A stretch of 64,000 nucleotides of DNA from Stylophora pistillata (lineage: Eukaryota). The first letter of the stretch is position 1. Every line of letters starts with the position of its first letter. The notes beneath the pieces were generated by a model, which made no database searches, was not told the DNA's origin, and saw only the letters and a program-made list of their open reading frames with translations. This document shows positions 37,023 through 49,000 of the stretch, in pieces. The translations under genes were made by a program, and so were the position numbers. The DNA is taken from positions 51,680-115,679 of the forward strand of contig NW_019218048.1 of the NCBI RefSeq assembly GCF_002571385.2, read 5' to 3'.

Positions 37023-40000
37023 ATGATGAATTTAACTACATACAGCAAAATGTACAAAACCCTGGTTATATTAAGCGTGTTAGGTAAGTATTTCTGTTTT
37101 TCTGCAATAGCAATACCACCCAAGGACTTCGCTGTATCCATTTTCAAAAAATTCAGATCAACTTCATAACTTCCTCCGACACTTCCTTTCCCTTAAACAT
37201 CCCTTCTATTAAACATTCCGCGGACAAAGGTTTTCAAGCTCTTCAGATTCACAATCTAGTCTACCAGATTATCTTTAAGATTTTTAGGATTAGTTTCGTA
37301 GCGTGTTTTCACTTTCCATGCACTACAAATGAATGAAATAAACGATTAGGAAGAATGCCAGGTTTATGGGGTAGAATCTTCATAAATATCTTTTGGCGTT
37401 GTGGCAGTCTGCAAAAAACCTTTAAGCAGCTTTATTTCGGATAACAGCAAAAATTCATTCTGTTGCTATCGTATTTTATGCACAAAATGGCTCATGTAAT
37501 CGGTCGATGTTTTATCTTTTTGTTTTGTTTTCTTTTCTTTTCTTTTTTCTCCAAGCAACCGAACTTAACATCTAAGGTAAACTACGTTCGAATAAGTTTA
37601 AAGAGATGCAACGTCTAACATTAGCCTAAACGGGGGTTGGAAAAAACAGGTGACAGAGGTTTCACTCACCCCTCTGACTATCACTAATTTCAGCCACTCA
37701 GTCCGATAATTGATTGTCGCGGCAGAAGCTGATTGTTTAACGGTTACGTTCATTCATCCAAATTTAAGAGAAAAAACTACATACAAATTCTCCAATTTCA
37801 ATTTAAGTATATAAACTCAGCATATAACAAAAGACCACAGCTATAGGCTCTGACAATGAATATAAAATATGGTAAGGTAATATCTTTTGTCTGACACCGA
37901 ATTTAATTCATTGAAATGGGCTGTCGATGAAGGGGCCCCTTCTGTCGTTTGGAATGAATTACAAATTCAAAATAGTCTGAAAACTCATTTTGCAAATGTG
38001 TATACAATTAAATGAAACCGCTATGGAATCGCAGCTAAAAAGGCTAAACAAAGGATTAAATCAAAATGCCCAAAATGTAATGCCTAGACTTCAATCCCGT
38101 TCAGTAAACGTGTATATTTAGGCCTACCTTTCATTACCCAGTTGAAAAGGCATAAATCCCAATTTATCGATATCGGGTTCGCACTTACCATCTGCTAACC
38201 ATTTAGCTCCCACCAATGACAGGGACAAACTTTCTCCTCGCAATATCATTACAATGTCAGGAAGACAAGCGATGAGAATAAAGAAAAACATCAAGCAGGG
38301 GATTATTACTGCATCCAATACCAAATTATTAAATAACTAGCATCATAAGAATTGTTAGAAAGTAAGGGGAACTATAAATTATATTTTGAGAGTGAAAGAG
38401 TTAAACACCACCCCTTTTAGTTAAGGTAGGCCAAAGATAACTCTCGATTTTCATGGTGTATTTTCGACTCAAGCGTCTATAGGAAGTTCGCAACTTGCTC
38501 AGGCGATTCACAACGAAGCCACCTGCTACGCAGACGAGTTATTACGACCTTGCATGAGAAATCTCCTCTTTAATCCACAAAATATTCCCCAGGGAAGTTC
38601 GAGTAAACCTTCAATAGCATTTAGTTTTGTCTTATTTTGGTATAAAACTTAACAGCGATATTTCGCTGTGGACACTGAATTGACCAATCAGAGCACGTCT
38701 TAACTTTGGCTATAATTATGCATATCTCGATTTTTTTCTAAATTTTCCTTACTTCATTGCAGTACATTTCTGTAAATTCCGTTAGATAACCATAAGTGAC
38801 ACGCTTCTTCAGTCACTTTATTTAGTACATTTCACGCGTCAACGAAATACTCTGAAGAACTGTTTCCCCTCACAACCGAAACTTGTTAGCCAAAGCTGTG
38901 ACCCTGACAAAATGAATTATATTATATATATTTCGGTCAAAAAGATAAACTGAATTCATTTTCTTACATTCCTATTTCAGCTATCCAGACGTTACCTATC
39001 CAGTCCAATCAGCCGCCGGTATAGAAGGTGAGGCTGTGAAATTCCACGTAAATTATTGTGGCAACTAAATTCAGCTGTGATCTGTGTGATGTGGATTCTG
39101 GTGATTATACTCGTTGACACCTTTTCGAACGCACTCTTAAACACAAGCACCAAAAGAGGAACAAAGATCTACATGAGCAATTGATCAACCTTAAGAAATG
39201 CTCTTTATCTGAGAAAAGAAACTTTAACTGAACACTCAGTCCGACTCAAAGCAAAACTCTTTGTTCTTAATAAACGATCTCTAAAATCCACATAATTTTT
39301 TTTAATCACATGCAACGAGACTTTCACACGAATTTACATTTTATAAAGAACTCATAGGAATCTAACTATTAGTATTTCAAAATGATGACCGAGTCATCGA
39401 TACGTCATCCTAAATTATTATTGCTGATGTTTATCCTCAATCAAAATTTGTAAACCTATATGAAATAGGATAATTCTGGTACATGCACCAGTCGTTGAAT
39501 GAGAATTTATTGATTTGGAATTGTATTGAGTTGCATCAATCATTAAATAGCAAAGTATTGACATAAATTGCAAGGCACGAACAGCTAACAAGACAAATTC
39601 CTAGTCTAAACCAAACAACAGCCACTATTTAAAGTTCCTGCGATGAAAACCGTATTTAAATATGACTCAAGACTGGAAACTGAGCCCATTTTAATCAGGA
39701 AACTTACTTTCATTGGATGTTTTTATTTGTTACCTAGAGATTGGTATCGCGTGAAATAAAATAAAACTGATTAATTCATGCTTTGAAGAGTTCGTTTTCC
39801 GATGCAGATTTTAAAATATATTTACATGATGTCCAATGCTCATTCCTTTTTCTTTTTTTTTTTTTCTTTTTTTTTTATAGTCACCCCTATTTGTTTTGAA
39901 AGTTCTTGCTACAAAATTGATAATTCACGTAAAACATGGAACGACAGCAGAAGCATTTGCCTGGAGCAGGGCGGTGACCTTGCTTCATTTGAAACCGATG

Positions 40001-43000
40001 ATGAATGGGATTTTATCCATGGTGAGATTCAAAAGAGCAGTAAATCTAATTTCTTCTGGCATATTGGTCTGGTAAGAATAAGTGGAAACTGGACTTGGGT
40101 GAGTGGAAGACCACTGACTATTTGCAGAATGCTAAATTGCAACCTGAGTTCAAGTGGTAGAGATGAGGCTATGATAGGCACGAAGGGGGGCAACAGCCAT
40201 GTTACAAATGAACACCAGGGACAACCACATGCAAGTTCTCCGGAAGAACCACACATTTGTGAGAAAGGTATCGCTACAATACAGCTGTATCGTACACTGT
40301 AATGAAAAAAGGTGCGCATTGATAGTCTCATCGCGCCAAGAATGACACAATTATGAGCAAGTGTCTAGCTGTGTGTGTAAGCAATAGTCTCCTTTATTTC
40401 CCAAAAGTGTAGGCAAATCATTTTGCTCAACTGTAGGTCCCAGAGATACATTAATCACTTTTCAATTCTTTAAATCACAAAATTAGAACTAATTCGGGCT
40501 CAGAATGAAATATAAAAGTAGGTTAGCATCTTGAAACTTTTCCTCAGCTTTTTTTTGTATACGCTATCTAGGTTTAGAGAAATAAATTTGGCGGTTGTTG
40601 GGATGACATCGTCATATTTTTTATAGATATCGCCAAAAACGGGAATCATCGTTTAACGCAATGTGTGGTTGAGCATTAGTACTCTTCGTCTATTTGCTGG
40701 TCATCCAGACCACTTCGTGTCTCTTTTATATCATTAATAGCTTATTATTAGCCTTTTCTAGGCGTTCATTTAGTCAAAGGGACTGCAACGGCGCGTTAGT
40801 GGAGGTGGAGCGAAACAAAAAAAAGGGAGCTCAGAAACAAATCATGTTATTTTTCACTTTACCATAAATTAACGACATTTGCTATTACGCTCCTATTATT
40901 AACCCTCTGGAACAAGCTATTTCCGTATTTTCCCACTTCTGCAGTGTAAATTTGTGACATTTTTTGTATGATGTAGTTTTGATCAATAATTTTCTCATAA
41001 TAATTTATCATAATGAGGGCCCTCGCCATCGCCATCGCCATCGCCATCGCCATCGCCATCGCCATGGCCGTCGTCGTCGCCCTCGCCCTCGCCACTGTCA
41101 TTGACGTTGCCGTTGCCATCGCCCTCGCCCTCTCCCTCATCAATATCAACGTCATCGTCGTCGTCATCGTCGTCAAGGGCATTTCAGCAGCTGGTATGTG
41201 TTCCAAATAGTCGTTTACTGTCTGTGCACGTTGCTTTCAGGATTGTCACGCTTTATGAAACTACCAAACGCATTACTTTTTTTTTATTTTAATTTTAGGC
41301 AGATGTGTATGTTTCTAAATTTGGCCGAATCGATATCCCTAGAAGGAGTTCTATGCAGGTATCTGATTTTTCTATTCTAAACACATTAGCATATGATGCA
41401 TTTTTCCAAATGGTGATATATACGTGATCCTTTCGCCTAAACTGCCATTATAGCAGTATGAAATAAGCATGATAAGGCTTCTTTATTCCGTCTTCCTAAA
41501 CGGGTCTTTAACCAAAAAATATCCTTGGCACCATATGGACCTGCATGCTACACTTTTATCCTCTTGTTTGAAACGAGTTGTATCTAAGAGCTGGTCAAGT
41601 ACCAAGTGAGGGAACATTTTATGCAATTTCAGGAGGCATTAACTATGTTTGAAGACTTCACTATCAAAATCCAGAACGTCACAAAAACTAGTGAAAGCAA
41701 CCGCGGCATAAAAGAGGTCAAAGCAGCGAAAGAATCCATCTTTAAAGTGGCAGCAGCAGTTGAGAAATTTGCCCTTGATTATGGAAAGCAACACCTGAGT
41801 GAAATGAAGCCCTCAGAAAGGATAATTTATCCCAAGATGGGTGAGGTTACAGCCTTGGATTTCTTCGAATCAATTTTTCTTTTACTTACTGACTGGTTGA
41901 CAGATCTAGACGACTAAATAACCTAATTGCCTGGATCAGGCTTAGCTTATTGACATTATTATTGGACCTCATCAATACATCCGTTTTTACTTAAATCTTT
42001 TGATTACACTCGTGTATCAGCTGTGTTTATAGAAGAAAATTAAAGGCACAGTTTGAAAGGATTTAATCAGATGAAAATGGAAATTCACGGGGCTCTATTT
42101 AGGGCGATTTGAATCCTTAACTAAAGTTAAAACTCTTCAAATGGACTTTTCATTAAACTTTTGTGAAATAAGAGATTGCTCAGCAGCACCTAACGAACTC
42201 AAGGTATGAAAACTTGTCTAAATATCCAACAACATGCCTTCTTTCATGCGCAGCAATGGGTCAAAAATGGCATTTTATCCGCGCTGCGTATGAGACCAGC
42301 TTTACAAACCTTACTAGTAAAAAGTCCTTAATGGCCTCAATATTTTTTTGAGAAAGCGCACCGGAGAAGAAAACGGGTTTTTACAAATCTAGTCTGTATA
42401 GTACCTTTCCCTTATTAATCAATTTAAAAAAAATTCACACAAAAAAACAAATTGAAAAAGGTTGTAGTCGTTGAAAGATCGTGTTTATAAGGCCTGTATA
42501 TTGCTTACAAAGTATGTGCATCCAACAAGACAATAACCCATTTTATGTCCACCGCGCAACGCTTGCAATTGTTATCAAAGGTTTTTTTTTTTTTTTGCCG
42601 GACAGTTTTGGGAATTCAAAGAGGCTACAACCAGAATACGAGTGACTTCCTCTTCGAGGAACAACGATGGCAAGTGAGGATCGATATTGCCTCTTCAAAT
42701 TTTGAGGAAAATGGTTCGTACGAGCTAGTATATAAACCATTACAATTTTTAAGCCCTTTGGTTTCGCCGACCGAAGTCACTGTATCGATAAAATACTTAA
42801 AAAAATGCACTTTGCTAGTTTACCCCGTCTATTCTCTTTAATAATCCTTATGAAAATTTGAGTTATGCATGTTTTTTTTTTTCGGTTGATTGCTTTTTTG
42901 TTGTTGTTTCTTTTGGGTTTTTAAAGGATCATTGGTAGTTGCAATTGTGTACGAGGATCTACATCAAATACTTCTGACGGATCAATCTATCAGAAGTAAT

Positions 43001-46000
43001 GCAGACAACACAAGGTGATGTTATTTTCTTATTGTTCTATGTCGTTTACCTGCGAAATGCAGGACTTGGAAACACGTAGGTTCTAAGTTCAACCAGCCTG
43101 AACTTAAAACTTTTCAAAACCCAACAAGGGTTGGAAGTCTATGGTCATTACAGCTTCATGAAAATTTCGCTATAATCTACTAAAAGTATGCGATGTTACT
43201 TTCTCAGTTCTGGTTTATTTTCAAAATTAATTTTGTTTACAGGCATATCAACTCCAGGATAATGGCCGTAGCTATGGACCCAATGCCAGACAAATTGAGA
43301 GAAAATGTCAGATTAAAATTTGAAAACTTAAAGGTAACATTAACATCACTTTCTATGCGTTCTGTTGATTTATACTTACAAGATAAATTATATTTTCAGT
43401 TCTCGACAGCAGAGAAACACTGTATGTTTTGGAGTGGCTTCAGCGAAAGGTAAAAAAGAAATGCAATGCGTTACTGACCTTGCAATGGTATCTATTCTTT
43501 CTTGAATCAAATTATGGAGTAGTATGAATAAATGAAATATTTGCTAGCAAATAGGATTTCTATGTTTCTTATAACTTCCTCATTTGTTGTAGTTCTTAAG
43601 TTGCTATGAAAGCATAGACACTCCACCATTCACATGGCAACCGTCACTAGGCCCAAACCGAGCATGCGCTCTCGGCCTTGGCCATCTCAGATCACGAGAA
43701 CACTCTTGTGGGTCCAGTTGTCCCAAAACTTTCTTANAGAGAGTTTCAATTTTTTCCCCTCCCAGCCCGGCCCGGTTATACATGTGTTTGGCGTTTGTTT
43801 TGCCCTTACCTTTCCTGGGCTAAATTCAAGCAATTTCATTTTTTAATGTTGTTACTGGATTGAACTTATGTTACTTATTAAACTGGCTTTGGGTTTCTAC
43901 CCATAGTCCTTTACGTTCAACCTTGGCTTGCTTATTGACCCGTGGCCCAGCAAACAGAGCTCAGGCAAAGCAGCATGACCAGCACTTATTTTCAAGCGGG
44001 TAGTTATAAGATGAGCATAAATGTTTTAAGTAAGATGGTTTGAACGGGTTACGTTACCACTTACCTCTCCCCCAAACAATATCGAATTCTGTGCGCTTTG
44101 TTTACTTAATTTTTCCAGTTCAGACGGCTTTTCAGAGGAAGGATGTCAGGTAGTTACAACAAAAAGCAACTCTAAAGAAACAATTTGCCGCTGCAATCAT
44201 TTGACTCATTTTGCTGTTTTAATGGACTACGACGGTGGTACAAAGGTATTCGAGTAAATTTTTCCCTGCTATATAGTTTCATTGGCTCAATAAATAAAAC
44301 TCAATTTACTCTTTTAAAATTCTCCTGACACAGCTCACCGAGGAGGACGAAACGATTCAGGAAATCATCACTTACATAGGGTTATGCATTTCCATCATTG
44401 GGATACTTTTAACATTAATACTTTATTCTTGCCTCACGTAAGTATTGTACCTAAATGGTAATGAAATAGATCCTTAACTTCCCTTAAATATAATGCAGTG
44501 AAATTAGATCGACAATCTCCACGCAATTAGAAAAATGCCTGTCGGATAATTTACAAAATTCAACTATATTTCATGCTCCATCAAAAGGGGTTAAACAGTT
44601 CATGATCTCAAGATTTATGGATTTTGTCCGTGTTAGTCTTTTTCTTCGCAATATTTTCCTTTTTTGTACTTTCTGAAGCTACCTATTGATTTTTGTTTTG
44701 CTTTCCTTTCCTGTCAAGATTTAGTTGAGAAATTTTGCTTTATCTTGCCATTTAAGTTGGTAGTGCGTTGATGTTCTTTTTGCATTCAGTGTGTATTTCT
44801 TATTGTTGTTTTTGTCTTTTCTAATTCACTCTTTCTTTACTTTTCTCTCTCTAGAGACTTTCGTCAACCTCTTTCTCAAATTCGATTGAGTGTTTCAATG
44901 TCCCTCGGAGCTGGGCAGATCACCTTTCTCGCCGGAATAGATGCCACAGAAAGCAAAGTTAGTGGCCTCTCTTTCTATCCATTGAATTAGTTAACTGTTT
45001 GCACCGTTGATATCTTGTCCAAAGAATCAGGATAAAAACTGGACAAAAATCTTTCTTTCCACAGGCTGTCTGTGTAGTAGTGGCTGCTCTTATGCAGTAT
45101 TTCCTTATGGCTGCATTCTGTTGGATGTTGGTCGAAGGAATTTACCTCTACATGTTTGTGGTGAAAGTTCACAACATCAACACCAAGATGTGCATGTATC
45201 ACGTCATCTCATGGGGTAAGTTCGAATTATTTTACATCATGCGCTGGTTGCTATAACCATGCATTTAGATCTCCATCTGACTTCCTACTATCTTTATGGG
45301 CAGGTTTTCCCATGATCATGGTGGCCATTTCACTTTGCATCGCTGCTGGGAAAGAAGGAATACAAAGTTATACCAGTGATAAATAGTAATTATTATTCTT
45401 CTGCATTATTCTTCCCCTTCTCCTTCTCTCTCTTCTTTTAATACATGACATTTTTTTCTTTCCCTTTTTTCCTTTGGCTTTTATATATCCTGATATGAGT
45501 AGTATGTTGCGCCTGACTGGCAACTTCGTTGTGTAGGTGTACGAGGGGTTATTAGGGTAAAGGGTTAAAATTAGCGTTGGTGTACGAGGGGGTTATTAGG
45601 GTTAGGGTTAAAATTCATATAGCTGTACGAGGGGTTTTTAAGGTTTTAGGGTTGTAGGAGGGGTTAGCGTTAAATTTCGCTTAGGTTCGTGAGTAGGGTT
45701 TTCAAAATTTAACGGTACAAAGATAACGAAAGAATCCAAGATTGCGGCGAGATTAATTTGCAACATCTGTTTTTTGCATATGGTTTATTTGTTCAATCTG
45801 CACGATATTTGAGTTGTAATTAGGTAACATAAGCTAGAAAAGCTGTCATCATGTCTTTGTATAATTGATGGAAAGTAGTTTGTTCTCCCACGTTGGAATC
45901 ATAGGTTTCAATTTCATCAATGTATTTAGTCACTTGTCTGCGTATTTCACAAAGATCTTGCGTGATAGCTTTTTCTTTTACAATGGCAAATAATTCTTCT

Positions 46001-49000
46001 AGGACGGCTCCGGTCCACTGGGGATTCTGTCCAATATCTTCGTCCAAACAGTTGTTTTTTCAGATGACATGGTGTATGAAGTGTTTGTAGAATGTAAGAT
46101 GAAGCTATACATAAATATGTTTGAACGTAAATGTCACTCGAGTATTGATTGACAAGCTATCATCATGTCTCCGTACAATTGATGGAAAGTAGATTGTTAT
46201 CCGACGTTGGAATCATAGGTTTAGGGCAACTTCCGCGCGGTCTGGGTCTGAGTGATTCGACCGAGTGGGTTCTAATTAAATATTCATACGGCGTAGGTGC
46301 GTGAGGGGGGTTTTAGGGTGTATTCATGCGGCGTAGGTGAACGAGGGGATTAGGGTTGTTGGGGATTAGGGTTGTTGGGGCTAGGGTTGTTTGGGAGGTT
46401 AGGGTTAGATTTCACGTTGGTTCGTGTGTAGGGTTTTTTCGCATCTTATTTTAAAAAATAACGGTTTTCTGAAAACAATGGGAACAAAATCCATTCATCC
46501 ATAAATCCATCCATCCCAAAAGTCCATCCACGTATGGATTAGGGCGACACCAGAGCTATTTCATTGACTCCCTGTCTGTCCAAAGTCCTTGACCAGGATT
46601 TATTCAACGCTTTTAATCTGTGTTTCCTTCCTACATCTCTCATACATTTCCTTCTAATTTTCAAGTGTGGATACTCTATTGTCCTAGAACCGGTATGGGT
46701 AGTTGCGTGATACCGTGTATCATTCATAATAAACACCCATATTTCGTCTATCCACTTTGGTTTCTAGAGTGCACTTATTATTTTTAAATTGTCCTGCTAA
46801 AACGCTTCTCTCTATTTCTTCTTCTTTTAGTACACACCATTCGCATTGACCGCAGTCACAGTACAAATCGTAAAAGTCAGACATTATAATACTGACCAAG
46901 AGTTCATAGCGACAAGGTCTACCCGAACACTTTGACAGCTTTTCAATCCCTTTGTCTTACGATCGACGATCGTAGATCTCTTACATTTTTTAAACGTAAA
47001 AGTAATACGTCCTAAATAACCTGTACCACATGCGTGTCAAAACCTTTTGGGACTCTTATAAATACAACTTCTGGTTACAGCCTTAGTCGGTTAGATTAGT
47101 ATGTCTAACCCACGATACCCAAACGCGTAATATAGGGACCATTCTCTTTTCCCTGTGTTGTGTGACAATAAACATTACATATGCGAAAACAGTGTGTTAG
47201 AGTTAACCCCTCCGCCATCTTGGATTCTTTTGATCCCATTGTTTTGAGGAAACCGTTATTTTTTAAAATAAGATGCGAAAAAACCCTACACACGAACCAA
47301 CGTGAAATCTAATCCTAACCTCCCCAACAACCCTAANCCCCAACAACCCTAATCCCCTCGTTCACCTACGGCGCATGAATTAACCTTAAAATCCCCCTCG
47401 CGCACCTACGCCGTATGAATATTTAATTAGAACCCACTTGGTCGAGTCACTCAGACCCAGACCGCGCGGAAGTCTCCCGAAACCTATGATTCCAACGTGG
47501 GAGAACAATCCACTTTCCATCAATTGTACAGAGACGTGATGACAGCTTGTCAATCAATACTCGAGTGACATTTACTTTCAAACACATTTATGTATAGCTT
47601 CATCTTACATTCTACAAACACTTCATACACCATGTCATCTGAAAAACAACTGTTTGGACGAAGATATTGAACAGAATCCCCAGTGGGCCGAAGCCGTCCT
47701 AGACGAATTATTTGCCATTGTAAAAGAAAAAGCTATCACGCAAGATCTCCGTGAAATACGCAGACAAGTGACTAAACACATTGATGAAATTGAAACCTAT
47801 GATTCCAACGTGGGAGAACAAACTACTTTCCATCAATTATACAAAGACATGATGACACCTTTTCTAGCTTATGTTACCTATTTATAACTCAAATATCGTG
47901 CAGAGTGAACAAATAAACCATATGCATAAAACAGATCCTGCAAATTAATCTCGCCGTCATCTTGGATTCTTTCGATATCTTTTTACCGTTAAATTTTGAA
48001 AACCCTACTCACGAACCTACGCGAAATTTAACGCTAACCCCTCCTACAACCCTAAAACCTTAAAAACCCCTCGTATAGCTACATGAATTTTAACCCTAAC
48101 CCTAATAACCCCCTCGTACACCAACGCTAATTTTAACCCTAACCCTAATAACCCCACGTACACCTACACGGTATGAATAAAGTAACCTCGACCGAGACAC
48201 TCGGACCCAGGCCTCTACGAAGTTGCCAGTCAGGCGCAACATACTACTGATATGGGTATCGTTTCATTCGCTGCAACTTGTTTTTCTTTCTTGTCTTTCA
48301 TTTCTCCGTGTTTAGCTGTTGGCTATCCTCAAGTAAGAACCTTATCTGGATATTCGTCGCCTTTGTGACGTTCATTGAAGTAGTGAGTTTATGATTAGCC
48401 TACGCGATTGTAGCTGGTATACTCATACTCGTTATTACCAGATACTTCTTTCTCTTTCACGAACATTAAAAGATGAATTCCATATTTCTGAAAGTGATGA
48501 TCCTTTCACGGTATTCGCCATCTTCCCTATCCTACATGTACTTACCCACAAGACACTTTGGGTTTTGCTACAGAATGCAGGGAAGCTAATCTCACTTGAA
48601 CTTAATAAGGGCTCGTTATTGCGGAGAAGTCCTGATAAGACAATCTGCTCAAAGCCTAAGATGGATTAATCAAATCTGCAAACGTTTGCTGCCTAATTAA
48701 AGAGAAGAACCTTCTCCCCCTTCTTTCTCAGTTTGATTTAATTTTTTTGTTTTGGTTTTACTTTGACATGGAACAAACTCTTTCCGCGCCAGAGTAGCAC
48801 ATGAAACAGCACTAAAAGAGAGGAGGGAGCAGGAAGAGTTGGAGAGATTAGATAGATAGCAAAACACTATATTAACTAATTCAATAAAGAATTGGTTAGT
48901 TTTGGTTCGCAGGTCGGGAGTTGTGTTTCTGGTACAGGATTCAGTTTGTTTTCTCCTTGCACTACGCTTGTTATCAAGCGAATAACGTGATTGGCTATTC

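Noticed and set aside
45540-46410. TTAGGG repeats as a real or interstitial telomere
   Set aside because: They are short, degenerate, mirrored in both arms of a TSD-flanked element and oriented inward.
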